64,000 nucleotides of DNA from Fidelibacterota bacterium (lineage in GTDB: Bacteria; Fidelibacterota; Marinisomatia; Marinisomatales; JABMOV01), in the NCBI GenBank assembly GCA_046861395.1, contig JBHHUC010000002.1, forward strand, positions 1 through 64,000, written 5' to 3'. The notes beneath the pieces were generated by a model, which saw only the letters and a list, made by a program, of their open reading frames with translations, searched no databases and had not been told where the DNA came from. Shown here piece after piece: positions 48,284 through 59,243 of this stretch (within the stretch, counting starts at the first letter, position 1; each line of letters starts with the position of its first letter). Position numbers and translations under genes: made by a program.

Positions 48284-49666
48284 ATGCGATTGCTGAATCG
48301 ATATATCCTGAAGGAAATGTTTCCGCCCTTTTTTTTCTCCTTGCTGATCATTACCTTCATCTTGTTCACAAACTTTCTCCTGCGGGCCATTGACCGTTTC
48401 CTGGGTAAGGGTTTGACCATCGGTGTCATCCTCGAATACCTATTCCTCAATCTGGCCTGGATCATTGCCCTGTCGGTTCCCATGGCCGTCCTGATTGCCG
48501 CTCTCATGACCTTTGGCCGGTTGTCAGAAGATAATGAAATCACCGCCATGCGTTCTTCCGGCATCAGTTTTCTTATCATCATCCGCCCGGCTCTGCTTTT
48601 CGGCCTCATTATTGCTCTATCACTGACGTATTTCAATAATTTCATCCTGCCGGAGATGAATTTTCGGGCCCGCATATTATCGGGAGACATTTATCGCAAA
48701 CGCCCCGGCCTTAATATCAATCCCGGCCATTTTATAGACGATTTACCGGACTACGGCATGATCATCCAGGGCAAGACCGGCGACGTCATGGAACGGGTGT
48801 TTATCAGCAGTAAAAATAATCGCGATACCAAAACCAATATCATTGCCAATACGGCCACCCTTCATACCATTGATGACGCCTTGGTGCTGACACTTTACGA
48901 CGGTGAAATCCAGGAAATAAAAAATGATGATTACGGTTCTCTACGCCGGATCGGGTTCGAGAAAAATGTCATTATCTTGCCTGCCGACGATCTGGTGCTG
49001 AATCGCCGGGACACCTCCAATCGGTCGGATCGTGAAATGACTATTCCCATGATGCTGGATAAACTGGAACGGTATGATAAACGGATCAGTACCGTTCATC
49101 GCCGTATTGCTAACAGCTTCAAACGGACCGTCAAGGACAGTATTGTCCCCGCCACCGTCCAACTAGCCCAGGTGGAAGTACAGAAATACCGTCTGCTGCT
49201 GGAATCAGATACCAGTCGAACGGAAACACAGAAAAAGGTACGGGAGCGACGACTGAAGGCCCTGGAGCGACAAATGAATAATGAATACAAGCTACTGGCC
49301 AGTTATCACAAGAATCGAAATAAATATGAAGTAGAAATCCACAAAAAGTTTTCCCTGCCGGTGGCTTGTATCCTCTTTATTCTGGTAGGGTCACCGCTCG
49401 GCGTCCTGGCCAAAAAAGGCGGATTTGTAGTCGGGGTCAGCTTGTCCTTCGGCTTTTTCCTGGTATACTATATCCTTTTAATCGCCGGGGAGGAAATGGC
49501 CGACCGGTCCCTTGTCAGTCCCACGGTGGGTATGTGGGCACCTAATGTTGTCCTCGGTACCATCGGACTTTATCTCACACTGCGGACGGTCCGGGAGCGG
49601 GAACCATTTGATATTGTTTTACCAGCCTGGTTGCAAAAACAAAAACGTGTTCCGGATCAGAGTTAA
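48284..49666 (+). CDS. lptF: LptF/LptG-family LPS export permease
   Basis: LNRYILKE, GRLSEDNEITAMRSSGIS, EIHKKFSLPVAC, MWAPN. Confidence 0.85.
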   Translation: MRLLNRYILKEMFPPFFFSLLIITFILFTNFLLRAIDRFLGKGLTIGVILEYLFLNLAWIIALSVPMAVLIAALMTFGRLSEDNEITAMRSSGISFLIIIRPALLFGLIIALSLTYFNNFILPEMNFRARILSGDIYRKRPGLNINPGHFIDDLPDYGMIIQGKTGDVMERVFISSKNNRDTKTNIIANTATLHTIDDALVLTLYDGEIQEIKNDDYGSLRRIGFEKNVIILPADDLVLNRRDTSNRSDREMTIPMMLDKLERYDKRISTVHRRIANSFKRTVKDSIVPATVQLAQVEVQKYRLLLESDTSRTETQKKVRERRLKALERQMNNEYKLLASYHKNRNKYEVEIHKKFSLPVACILFILVGSPLGVLAKKGGFVVGVSLSFGFFLVYYILLIAGEEMADRSLVSPTVGMWAPNVVLGTIGLYLTLRTVREREPFDIVLPAWLQKQKRVPDQS

Positions 49667-49714
49667 TTCCTAATTTTTAACAGATATTTTCATCATAACA
49701 TTGGGATTCATTCC

Positions 49715-51010
49715 ATGATTCCAGCGGAATTAATTAAACGAAAACGTGACCGTCAGTCTCTGTCCCACACGGAATTAAAGCAATTCATTGCCGGATACGT
49801 TTCGGGCTCCATTCCCGATTACCAAATGGCCAGTCTGCTCATGGCAGTCTATTTCAATGGGATGGAAATCCATGAGATTCATTCCCTGGTGGATGTCATG
49901 ATTGCTTCCGGAAAGCGGATGGACTTTTCTCACCTGGAGCAATTCGTGGCCGATAAGCACAGTACAGGCGGTGTCGGGGATACGGTCTCGCTGGTGCTGG
50001 GACCCCTGATGGCTGCCGCCGGTCTGGCCATTCCTATGCTCAGCGGACGCAGCCTGGGTCACACCGGAGGAACACTGGATAAGCTGGAAAGCATTCCCGG
50101 CCTGTCGGTAAACTTGTCCCTGGCGGAATTTCGCCGCATCGTGGAAGATGTGGGAATCTGCATGATCGGTCAGACCGGTGATATCTGTCCCGCCGATAAA
50201 AAAATGTATGCGCTGCGTGATGTGACGGGTACGGTGGAATCCATCCCCCTCATTTGCGGCTCCATCCTCAGTAAAAAAATTGCCGAAGGAATCCAGGGGT
50301 TAGTCATGGATGTGAAATTCGGCGCAGGAGCCTTCATGCGGGAGACGGACCGGGCTTGCGCTCTGGGGCAAATACTCCATGATGTAGGCGAACATTTCGG
50401 TGTAAAGACTGATATTCTATATACCAGCATGAACCAGCCCCTGGGACGCTACGCCGGCATCTGGTGTGAAGTCCGGGAAGCGCTGGATTGCCTCAACGGT
50501 CAGGGGCCAGCTGACACGATGGAAGTCACCTATGCCCTGGGAACAGCCATGCTCCGGCAGGCTCATCCCCACCTTTCACGACCCGAGGCCCGGGAACGGC
50601 TAGAAGCCCTGATTCAGTCCGGAGCGGCCCGGGATACTTTTTACCGCATGGTCACGGCTCAAGGCGGAGACATATCAGCCTTCGAACATCCAGACCAAAT
50701 TCACCGACCCCAATATGAGCAAACCGTCCCGGCACCGTCCGCCGGTATTATTCAGGCCATGGATACCTATCACATCGGACTGGCCACAGTGGAACTTGGC
50801 AGTGGACGAAAGCGTACTGACGATGTTGTCGATCCTACATCCGGGATTGAATTCCTGGCAAAAATCGGTGATCGCGTCGAGGCCGGGGAAAGTGTTTTCC
50901 GTTTTTTCAGTGCCGACGAATCCCGGTGTCGGCAGGCGGCGGATACTCTAGGCGGGACCGTGACCATCGGATCGTCTCCCGCAGAACATCAACTGATTAT
51001 GCAATCATGA
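49715..51010 (+). CDS. pdp: Pyrimidine-nucleoside/thymidine phosphorylase
   Basis: DKHSTGGVGD, SGRSLGHTGGTLDKLESIPG, PADKKMYALRDVT, SKKIAEG. Confidence 0.93.
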   Translation: MIPAELIKRKRDRQSLSHTELKQFIAGYVSGSIPDYQMASLLMAVYFNGMEIHEIHSLVDVMIASGKRMDFSHLEQFVADKHSTGGVGDTVSLVLGPLMAAAGLAIPMLSGRSLGHTGGTLDKLESIPGLSVNLSLAEFRRIVEDVGICMIGQTGDICPADKKMYALRDVTGTVESIPLICGSILSKKIAEGIQGLVMDVKFGAGAFMRETDRACALGQILHDVGEHFGVKTDILYTSMNQPLGRYAGIWCEVREALDCLNGQGPADTMEVTYALGTAMLRQAHPHLSRPEARERLEALIQSGAARDTFYRMVTAQGGDISAFEHPDQIHRPQYEQTVPAPSAGIIQAMDTYHIGLATVELGSGRKRTDDVVDPTSGIEFLAKIGDRVEAGESVFRFFSADESRCRQAADTLGGTVTIGSSPAEHQLIMQS

Positions 51011-51021
51011 AGGAGGGATTT

Positions 51022-51789
51022 ATGGATAGTATGTACCGTAAACTGTGTTCGACGGATCCCGCCATCGTGGCGGAAGGCCTGGGGGAAATTGATGCTGCAT
51101 TACCCACTTTGGAAGATGATCAGATCCCCCTGGTGGTCGACGCCCTTACTTCCCTGTTCTATATAGATACCTTTGATGTGCCAGACCTGGCTTCTATTGT
51201 GGAAGAAGCCCAGCAGATTGTCGCAAAATTAGGTCCGCAGGTCATTCCGCACCTGCTGGAAAAAGTCCGGAATTCGGACATCAAGGCGGAGCTGGCCCTG
51301 GCTCGAACCTGCGGCCTCATGGGAGAGAAAGCGATCGATCCCCTGCTGGATGTCATCCGGGAAAAGGAAAACATCACTGATATGTCCTTTGCCCTCTATG
51401 CCTTTGGCAAAATCAAATCGCCAAAGATTGTGAAAACCATCCCCCATCTCATCGCCGCTGTGAAAAGTCCGGCACGGGAAACCGAGGATACCGCGGTACG
51501 GGCGCTGGGAAAAGTGCTGGAATCCACTCCTCGCGATGGACTTTCAGCGGAACAGATTCAGGAAATCGTTGATATTTTTATGGCCAAGAGTCATCACAGC
51601 AATGAAGTGATTCGCTCCAAGGCTATTCGGGGATTGGGGAAAATGCTGCAATTCGGATTTCTCGATGAACCGGAAAAAGTGGCAGTCATGAATCGCCTGC
51701 GGGAAATTGTGGGTCTGGATGACCCGGAGCGCTGGGATTCTTCCTACCTGGTGCGCCGCGAAGCACAGCAGATTCTGGACAATCGTTAA
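51022..51789 (+). CDS. HEAT-repeat protein
   Basis: Helical repeats (VIPHLLE, AIDPLLD, AVRALGK, AIRGLGK, VRREA); SD AAGGAGG before ATG 51022. Confidence 0.75.
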   Translation: MDSMYRKLCSTDPAIVAEGLGEIDAALPTLEDDQIPLVVDALTSLFYIDTFDVPDLASIVEEAQQIVAKLGPQVIPHLLEKVRNSDIKAELALARTCGLMGEKAIDPLLDVIREKENITDMSFALYAFGKIKSPKIVKTIPHLIAAVKSPARETEDTAVRALGKVLESTPRDGLSAEQIQEIVDIFMAKSHHSNEVIRSKAIRGLGKMLQFGFLDEPEKVAVMNRLREIVGLDDPERWDSSYLVRREAQQILDNR

Positions 51790-53918
51790 TACGTTTTATG
51801 AATTTTACAGCGCCGGGTCGGTTCGGTGCCGCGAATGAATATTTCCGTCTCTGTGGGACAGGCCGGTGTGGGTAGGTCTTTGGTAACGGAACAGATTTCC
51901 ACATCAATCACACCTTCGGGCCGAATGAAATCTTCCACGGCATAGTGCAGCGAATCATGACCATCCCGCATGAACCGAGCCCAGGCCGGTAACGCGGCTA
52001 CCGTTCCCGACTGACCTTTCCCGAGGGAAATACCGTACTGGTCGACACCATACCAGACTCCGGCGGCAATCTGAGGTGTATAACCAACAAACCAGGCGTC
52101 GCTGTAGCCCTGAGTTGTTCCCGTCTTCCCGGCAGCCGGCCGGTAAAAATGATACATCCAGCGAGCCCGCCCCCCGGTGCCGGCATCCACTACAGTCTGC
52201 AGTAAATTGGTCATGACATAGGCCGTTTCGGCGCTCAGAACTTCCTCCTGTTCAGGAAAATATTCCTTGATCACGTTCCCGTAGCGGTCTTCGATCCGGG
52301 CAATACCGAACGGTTTAGAATAGACACCCTGATTGGCATAGGTGGCATAGGCGGCCACCATTTCTAGAGGATAGACTTCGGACGTTCCCAGCGCAATGGC
52401 GTCTACAGCCCGAATATTGGTTGTAATCCCCATGCGAATGGCCATTTTCTTCACTTCCGTTGCCGGGACCAACTCCTGAATCAGACGAACCGCAATCAGA
52501 TTCAGTGACATCCGTATCCCTTCTCGGAGGGTCGTCAGACCTCCGGTGGAACCGTCATAATTCTGGGGCATCCATTTTTCGTATTCGCCATTGGCATTCA
52601 TGACATTCAGGACTACGGGCAGATTCAGCAACTGTTTGGTCACCGGATATCCGTTTTCTATCGCCGTAGTGTACACGAAGGGCTTGAATACGGAACCCGG
52701 TTGGCGTTTGGCCTGAACGGCCCGGTTATATTGATCGGGATAATCGGGACGGCCTCCCACCATGGCCAGGATGGCTCCCGACTTGGGATCCAGGGCCACA
52801 AAAGCGGTCTGAACCAGTAATTTATTTCTCAATTCCTTATATAGCGGAAACTTCCCCTCCATCATCATTTTCACCGAATCTTCGGGATAGATGCCCAGAT
52901 AGGCCAGCTGTTCGAATTCCTCCCGGTTGGCAAACAGGCGTTTGTTCAACATCTTCTGATTGTCCCGCACCGTACGCATGACCATGTCTTCGGCAATGGC
53001 CTGCAAACGGGAATCGAGGGTCGTATATACCTTGAGTCCGTCACGATAAATATTAACGCCCAGGGCATCATCTTCATTTTCCAGAATGCGGCGGATATAT
53101 TCGGTGAAATACGGTGCTTTTCCTTTCAGCGGCTCATAAATCACGGATTCCAGCCCCCGGGCCCGGGCCGCCTTGTATTCCTCATCGGTGCAATATCCCT
53201 GTTCATGCACCAGACGCAGAACCGTATTCCGACGCCGCAATGCCCGTTCGGGATGGTTGATGGGCGAATAAATGGCCGGTCCCGGTAATACACCCACCAG
53301 AATGGCGGCTTCATCCAGCGTGAGGTCGCGGGCATCTTTCCCGAAAAAGCGTTTGGCCGCAGCCTGTACCCCGTAGGTCCCGTGACCGAAATGAACGGTA
53401 TTCAGATACATTTCCAGGATTTCATCCTTGGTATAGGTCCGTTCGATCTGAATGGCCGTGATAATTTCTTTTATCTTGCGGGTCAGGTTTTCCTCAAAAC
53501 CAATGGACTTGTACAGATTCCGCGCTAGTTGCTGGGTCAGGGTACTGAATCCCTGACGATAACTCAGGGACAGGGAATTGACGACTATGGCACGGGCCAC
53601 ACTGAACAGGTCGATGCCCCAATGATTCCGGAAACGGCGGTCTTCCGAGGCCAGGATGGCATTCTGCATATGTTGGGGAATGTCTTTCAATTCCACAAAT
53701 ACCCGTTTCTGCAGGAATAATTCATGCAGGACCACTCCGTCGGCTGAATAAATCCTCGTTACCAGATCGGGGTCAAAATTTTCCAGTTGTTCAATGGAGG
53801 GTAAATCCCGGGACAGGTATAACATATAGGCCAGGATTAGCAGTCCGCCGGCGCCCAGCAAAATCATGGAACGCCAGACGATGCGGTATAGCGGTGGACT
53901 TTTTTTATCTTTTGCCAT
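51786..53918 (-). CDS. Class A penicillin-binding protein (PBP1A family)
   Basis: EDRRF, STLTQQLARN, RKIKE, RQPGSVFKP (SxxK), SLN, GKTGT. Confidence 0.93.
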   Translation of the reverse strand: MAKDKKSPPLYRIVWRSMILLGAGGLLILAYMLYLSRDLPSIEQLENFDPDLVTRIYSADGVVLHELFLQKRVFVELKDIPQHMQNAILASEDRRFRNHWGIDLFSVARAIVVNSLSLSYRQGFSTLTQQLARNLYKSIGFEENLTRKIKEIITAIQIERTYTKDEILEMYLNTVHFGHGTYGVQAAAKRFFGKDARDLTLDEAAILVGVLPGPAIYSPINHPERALRRRNTVLRLVHEQGYCTDEEYKAARARGLESVIYEPLKGKAPYFTEYIRRILENEDDALGVNIYRDGLKVYTTLDSRLQAIAEDMVMRTVRDNQKMLNKRLFANREEFEQLAYLGIYPEDSVKMMMEGKFPLYKELRNKLLVQTAFVALDPKSGAILAMVGGRPDYPDQYNRAVQAKRQPGSVFKPFVYTTAIENGYPVTKQLLNLPVVLNVMNANGEYEKWMPQNYDGSTGGLTTLREGIRMSLNLIAVRLIQELVPATEVKKMAIRMGITTNIRAVDAIALGTSEVYPLEMVAAYATYANQGVYSKPFGIARIEDRYGNVIKEYFPEQEEVLSAETAYVMTNLLQTVVDAGTGGRARWMYHFYRPAAGKTGTTQGYSDAWFVGYTPQIAAGVWYGVDQYGISLGKGQSGTVAALPAWARFMRDGHDSLHYAVEDFIRPEGVIDVEICSVTKDLPTPACPTETEIFIRGTEPTRRCKIHKTY

Positions 53919-54029
53919 GATTCAGTCTATGTCACGTTTCCCGGATAGCTGACTGGTTCTACAATCCCAGCGGGGTACCGGTTCCATCAAACGGCAAGAA
54001 GGAAACGAAATGAATATATCAGACGACGG

Positions 54030-54611
54030 TCAATGGTTATGAATCAACTCCCTGGCAATTTCTTCCGATGCCTTTCTGATATTGGCATGGAGCGATTGCC
54101 CGTGTGAATCCATGGTGACTACCGCCCGGAAATCCCGGACCTCAATGACCCACATGGCTTCCGGCACACCGAATTCTTCCAGTTTGAAGACACGGTGGAC
54201 CTTCTTAACGCGTTGCGCCAGAATGGTGGCCGCACCACCAACGGCATGGAGATAGACGGCCCCGTTTTCTTTCAGTGCCTGAAGGGTTTTGTCCCCCATT
54301 CCGCCCTTGCCGATTACACCGCGGATCCCATATTCCCGGATGACATCCCCCTGGTAAGGTTCCTCCCGAATGGAGGTGGTCGGTCCCGATGCAATAAAAG
54401 AATATTGATCACCGTCTTTTTTTACCACCGGTCCGCAGTGATAAATAATGGAATCATTGAGATAGGGACGAATTTCATCCGGCTTTTCCTTGATCATCCA
54501 GGTATGGGCCGTATCACGGCCGGTAATCATCATACCGTTAATGGACACTTCATCACCGACGTTCAGGGCACGGATTTCTGTTTCCGATACCGGCAGATTC
54601 AATTCAATCAT
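54030..54611 (-). CDS. Class I fumarate hydratase (two-subunit type), beta subunit
   Basis: TGRDTAH, YHCGP, GPTTSIR, IGKGGM, GVPEAMW, MDSHG. Confidence 0.88.
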   Translation of the reverse strand: MIELNLPVSETEIRALNVGDEVSINGMMITGRDTAHTWMIKEKPDEIRPYLNDSIIYHCGPVVKKDGDQYSFIASGPTTSIREEPYQGDVIREYGIRGVIGKGGMGDKTLQALKENGAVYLHAVGGAATILAQRVKKVHRVFKLEEFGVPEAMWVIEVRDFRAVVTMDSHGQSLHANIRKASEEIARELIHNH

Positions 54612-55491
54612 AATGAACCTCCGTATTCGAAAGAGTTAAGGTATGGCGCCGGTCCGCCCAGCACATGTAAGCAATCGATACGAAAAAGGAAGCCGGCAAG
54701 CGGTGCAGCGTACCGATTTTTACCCCGAGAATGGTCGTTTTCCCGCCAAAGCCCATGGGACCGATACCCATGGTATTCAAATCATCAAACAGTTTGGCCT
54801 CCAGTTCGCGCAGCTCAGAATTGGGATTCTCATCCGATAATAACCGGAACAGTTGCTTTTTGGCCTGAATCATTCCCGAGGCCCGGTCACCGCCGATTCC
54901 GATACCCAGCACGCCGGGCGCACAACCCAGTCCCTGAGCTTTATGGACGGCATCCACAATACATTTATACACGCCCTGCAGATCACGTCCGGCTTTCAGC
55001 CGTGTATCGGGCAATTTATACTGGTCCGATACATTTTCACAGCCGCCTCCTTTCAGTGCCAGGCTGATTTTGAGAAACGGTTCATCCCATTCATCAAAAT
55101 GAATAAAGGGTGCCATGAGGCCTGTGTTATCGCCCGAATTTTCTCCGGTAACCGGGTCAACAGCGTTAGGCCGCAGATAATTCATTTTCGTCGCCTGCCG
55201 AGTAGCGTCAATGATGGCATGTTCCACAAATCGCATTGACAGTCCTTCCGGGATATTCACAAAATAGATGTTCGTTCCCGTATCCTGGCAAATGGGCGTG
55301 CTGCCCTTCTCAGCTTCCAGGGCATTATCCAGCATAAAGCGCAATACCGATTTGGCCGGACTACCATCGTCCTCCCTGGCAATGCCCGCTTCCATCGCTG
55401 CCACAACGTCCCGGGGGAGTTGGGTGGATGTCATCCGGATCAATTCCAGAATGGCCTCGGTTAATTTACCTTGGTCAAATGCAGTGTTCAT
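54604..55491 (-). CDS. Class I fumarate hydratase (two-subunit type), alpha subunit
   Basis: PICQDTG, LRPNAVDP, KGGGCEN, GIGPMGFGG, CWADR. Confidence 0.88.
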   Translation of the reverse strand: MNTAFDQGKLTEAILELIRMTSTQLPRDVVAAMEAGIAREDDGSPAKSVLRFMLDNALEAEKGSTPICQDTGTNIYFVNIPEGLSMRFVEHAIIDATRQATKMNYLRPNAVDPVTGENSGDNTGLMAPFIHFDEWDEPFLKISLALKGGGCENVSDQYKLPDTRLKAGRDLQGVYKCIVDAVHKAQGLGCAPGVLGIGIGGDRASGMIQAKKQLFRLLSDENPNSELRELEAKLFDDLNTMGIGPMGFGGKTTILGVKIGTLHRLPASFFVSIAYMCWADRRHTLTLSNTEVHYD

Positions 55492-55506
55492 GCCCCCTCC
55501 TTTCCT

Positions 55507-56517
55507 TTAGTCCACGGTCCAGGTATCACCGGAATTCATTAATTCCTGTACCGTCATGGAACTCTTTTCCCTGGCATGGGCAATCTGTTCCATGTGCATG
55601 TCTTCATAGACCGGAGCCTCAACAGCATACAGCACCCCAACAGGCGTGGGGAAATTGGGACGGTAGGTCAAATGACTCAAAATGGACGCAATCACAAAAT
55701 CCGTCTCATCGTGAACCAGGACATCATCCACCGACCATTTACCGTCATCCAGATTAATAATCCGTGGTGTGTTGCCATCCAGATGAATCCCCTTCCTGTT
55801 GCCGGGTCCGAAAAGCAGAGGTTGTCCGTGTTCCACATAAAGCACGTGATCCTGTTTCGTCTGCTTATCCGTCAGCGGCGCAAAGGCCTTATCATTGAAA
55901 ATGACACAATTCTGGTACACTTCCAGGAAGGAAGTCCCGTGGTGGGCATAACTGCGTTTAATCATGGCCTGCATGTGTTTGATGTCGCGGTCCAGGGTCC
56001 GGGCCACAAAACTGGAATCGGCACCCAGGACCAGCATGGCCGGATTAAAGGGCCGGTCGATGGATCCCATCGGCGTGGATTTGGTCACCTTGCCCAGTTC
56101 CGAGGTAGGCGAATATTGCCCTTTGGTCAAACCATAGATGCGGTTATTGAACAGGATGACATTCAAGTCCAGATTACGCCGCATGAGATGAATGGTATGG
56201 TTGCCGCCAATGGATAGACCGTCTCCGTCGCCCGTGACGACCCAGACGGACAGATCGGGATTTGCCAGTTTAACACCACTGGCAATGGCCGCCGCCCGTC
56301 CATGAATAGTATGGAAACCATAGGTATTCATATAATAGGGGAAACGACTGGAACAACCGATTCCGGAAATGAAAACGAATTTCTCCTTTTCCAAACCCAG
56401 GTCGGGAAAAACCTTCTGCGTTTGGGCCAGGATGGCATAATCTCCGCAACCGGGGCACCATTTAACCGCTTGATCAGAAGCGAAATCAGCCCGGCTCAGA
56501 CTCTGTGTTGTACTCAT
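55507..56517 (-). CDS. korB: 2-oxoacid:ferredoxin oxidoreductase beta subunit
   Basis: WCPGCGD, SGIGCSSR, HGRA, GDGDG..IGGNH, NNRIYGLTKGQYSPT. Confidence 0.92.
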   Translation of the reverse strand: MSTTQSLSRADFASDQAVKWCPGCGDYAILAQTQKVFPDLGLEKEKFVFISGIGCSSRFPYYMNTYGFHTIHGRAAAIASGVKLANPDLSVWVVTGDGDGLSIGGNHTIHLMRRNLDLNVILFNNRIYGLTKGQYSPTSELGKVTKSTPMGSIDRPFNPAMLVLGADSSFVARTLDRDIKHMQAMIKRSYAHHGTSFLEVYQNCVIFNDKAFAPLTDKQTKQDHVLYVEHGQPLLFGPGNRKGIHLDGNTPRIINLDDGKWSVDDVLVHDETDFVIASILSHLTYRPNFPTPVGVLYAVEAPVYEDMHMEQIAHAREKSSMTVQELMNSGDTWTVD

Positions 56518-56519
56518 GA

Positions 56520-58379
56520 TTAATTTCCTAACAATGCATTTATTTTGGCCATGATATCACTGGCCCGGATTGGACGTCCCCGAACGATATTCAATCCGAT
56601 GGCATCCACCAGATATTCCGCCCGGATGATGGTCCGTAATTGTCCTGTATTGATCTCGGGAATCAGAATGGTCTCGAAGCGGGATAGAATATCTCCCAGA
56701 TCGGCCGGCAGGGGGTTGACCCAGCGCAAATGGACATGGCTCACAACCATGCCTTCCCGTTTCAGCCGTTCCGTGGCGGACCGGGCCGAACCATAGGTAC
56801 TCCCCCAGGTCACGATGAGCAGTTTCCCCTTATCAGGACCATAAATCGGTGTCGGATCGAATTCACGGGTAATGCCCGCGACTTTCTGGGCCCGTTTGGT
56901 CACCATTTCATGGTGGTTGTCCGGTTCATAATTCACATCGCCGGTGGGATCGGATTTTTCCAGTCCGCCAATGCGATGTTCCAGTCCCGGCGTTCCGGGG
57001 ATGGCCCAATTCCGTGCCAGTGTTACCGGATCGCGGCGGTAAGGCATGAATTTACTGTCGCCTTCCTGTTTCTCCGTTTCGAACTGCAACGGAATATCGG
57101 GCAGGTCCTTGAGTGTGGGAATGGCCCAGGGTTCAGATCCGTTGCCCAGATAGCCATCGGTAAGCAAAATGACCGGTGTCATGTATTTTACGGCAATCCG
57201 GGCCGCCTCATAGGCCGCATAGAAACAATCGCCGGGCGTGGAGGCCGCAATAACCGGAATCGGCGCTTCGCCGTTACGACCGTAAACAGCCTGGAATAAA
57301 TCGGCCTGTTCCGTTTTCGTAGGCAAACCGGTGCTGGGTCCTCCCCGTTGTACGTTAACAATCACAATGGGCAGTTCCGCCATGACGGCCAGACCCAGTG
57401 CTTCCGTTTTCAGGGCGACACCCGGACCCGATGTAGCCGTACAGGCCAGATTGCCGGCAAAGGAGGCCCCGATAGCGGCCGCAACGCCCGCAATTTCATC
57501 CTCAGCCTGGAAGGTACGAATATTCAAATGTTTCCAGGCCGCCAGAGTATGGAGAACATCGGAAGCCGGTGTAATGGGATAGCCACCGTAGAACAAAGGA
57601 CGTCCGGCTCTTTCGGCCGCCGCCGCCAGTCCCAGCGCCGTGGCATAATTCCCATTCATATTCCGGTAGGTTCCCGGGGGCAGTGATGCTTTTGCCACCT
57701 GGTAACGGGTAGTGAAAACTTCCGTGGTGCTGCCGTAGTTCCGTCCTGTTTCCAGGGCCCGGATATTGGCTTCGGCAATCAACGGTTTCTTGGCAAACTT
57801 CTTTTTCAGCCACGTCTTGGTATTCTCCAGGGGACGATTGTACATCCATAGGAGAAAACCCAGCGCCAACATATTTTTCGTCCGCTCCACATCCTTGGCA
57901 TTGAGATCAATATCCTCACAGGCCAGTCGCACCAGTTTACTCATTTCAATGGAATAAAGGGTATAATTCTGGTTGAGGGACGGATCTTCCAGAGGATTAG
58001 TATCATACCCGGCCAGAGCCAGATTCTTGGGTACAAAGGCATTGGCGTTTACAATGATGATTCCCCCGGGAATTACTTCCGGCAAATGCGCCTTCAAGGC
58101 GGCCGGATTCATGGCAACCAGTACATCCGGCTGATCACCGGGTGTGTGGATATCCCGTGAACTGAACCGGATCTGAAAGGCACTGACACCTGCCAGAGAG
58201 CCGGCGGGAGCGCGGATTTCCGCCGGATAATCCGGTAAGGTGCTCAAATCATTCCCAACAATCGCCGTATTGGCTGTAAAACGACTGCCGGTCAATTGCA
58301 TTCCGTCACCCGAGTCACCGGCGAAACGAATTACAACTTCTTCAACGTGTTTGATTTCTACTGAATGTTCTGTCATCAT
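56520..58379 (-). CDS. korA: 2-oxoacid:acceptor oxidoreductase alpha subunit
   Basis: FAGDSGDGMQLTG, YPITPAS, QAEDEIA, TSGPG, QRGGPSTGLPTK. Confidence 0.92.
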   Translation of the reverse strand: MMTEHSVEIKHVEEVVIRFAGDSGDGMQLTGSRFTANTAIVGNDLSTLPDYPAEIRAPAGSLAGVSAFQIRFSSRDIHTPGDQPDVLVAMNPAALKAHLPEVIPGGIIIVNANAFVPKNLALAGYDTNPLEDPSLNQNYTLYSIEMSKLVRLACEDIDLNAKDVERTKNMLALGFLLWMYNRPLENTKTWLKKKFAKKPLIAEANIRALETGRNYGSTTEVFTTRYQVAKASLPPGTYRNMNGNYATALGLAAAAERAGRPLFYGGYPITPASDVLHTLAAWKHLNIRTFQAEDEIAGVAAAIGASFAGNLACTATSGPGVALKTEALGLAVMAELPIVIVNVQRGGPSTGLPTKTEQADLFQAVYGRNGEAPIPVIAASTPGDCFYAAYEAARIAVKYMTPVILLTDGYLGNGSEPWAIPTLKDLPDIPLQFETEKQEGDSKFMPYRRDPVTLARNWAIPGTPGLEHRIGGLEKSDPTGDVNYEPDNHHEMVTKRAQKVAGITREFDPTPIYGPDKGKLLIVTWGSTYGSARSATERLKREGMVVSHVHLRWVNPLPADLGDILSRFETILIPEINTGQLRTIIRAEYLVDAIGLNIVRGRPIRASDIMAKINALLGN

Positions 58380-58526
58380 AGTCCTTTTTGTATAACATAA
58401 TGGCGATACCCATGCTTACTGTAGCCGGGTCAATCTTTAGGGTGGCCGGAATTATGTAATTCATCCTGATAAATTGACAAGAAATTTAGACAGTCGGTAT
58501 TTTATTATGCAATCGACCATTCCGGT

Positions 58527-59243
58527 TTATGTCGGATAAATCACATCCGGGGGCAACCAGCGCCGGCTCAAATAAATGAACGGTGTATCAATGGCGGCGA
58601 CGAGAATTTTCAACAGGTAGGTTGTGAGTGCGATTTGCCAGATTACGGAAACTGGCAGAGCCGCGGCCGGCCCCAAAAACAAGCGGGGAAACAGGTAAAA
58701 TCCCAACACACAGAAAATGACCGTATCCAAAAACTGGCTGACCCAAGTGCTAAGATTGTTCCGTAACCAGAGATATTTCCCGTCGAATTTCCGTTTCCAA
58801 CGTTCGAAGGCCCAGACATCATGGATCTGGGAAATGAGATAAGCACTTAAACTGGCAAAAATGATACTGGGAGCAAAACTGAAGATCGTCGCCATCCCTT
58901 CCGCCGGACCCCAGTCATTGCTGCTGGCTTCATAATAGACCATGAATTGACTCATGATCAAATAGACCAGAACGGCGGCAAAACCGATATAGACCCCCTT
59001 TCGGGCGGCGGCTTTCCCGTAATATTCTGACAATAAATCCGTGCTCAGAAAGATAGCGCCGTAAAGAACATTCCCACCGGTGGCTTCCAGCCCGAAAAGA
59101 ACAATTGTTTTGGTTACAAAAATATTGGCCAGAGCATAGTACAGAGCGATCAGGGCATAGAGCCAGGTTTTTCCCGCGCGAAAAGCAATCAAGACAATAA
59201 TCAGACTGATTATAGTCTGACTGATAAATAGGATTTCATTCAT
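58527..59243 (-). CDS. Queuosine precursor transporter (YhhQ/VUT family)
   Basis: ANIFVTK, TDLLSEYYG, SLSAYLISQIHDV, WLRNNLSTWVSQFLDT, AIDTPF. Confidence 0.88.
   Translation of the reverse strand: MNEILFISQTIISLIIVLIAFRAGKTWLYALIALYYALANIFVTKTIVLFGLEATGGNVLYGAIFLSTDLLSEYYGKAAARKGVYIGFAAVLVYLIMSQFMVYYEASSNDWGPAEGMATIFSFAPSIIFASLSAYLISQIHDVWAFERWKRKFDGKYLWLRNNLSTWVSQFLDTVIFCVLGFYLFPRLFLGPAAALPVSVIWQIALTTYLLKILVAAIDTPFIYLSRRWLPPDVIYPT

Noticed and set aside
54195..55067. 290-aa plus-strand ORF and similar long antisense ORFs (e.g. 44626-45318, 55576-56217, 48154-48690)
   Set aside because: They lie antisense to well-supported genes and have no recognisable motifs; they are shadow ORFs.
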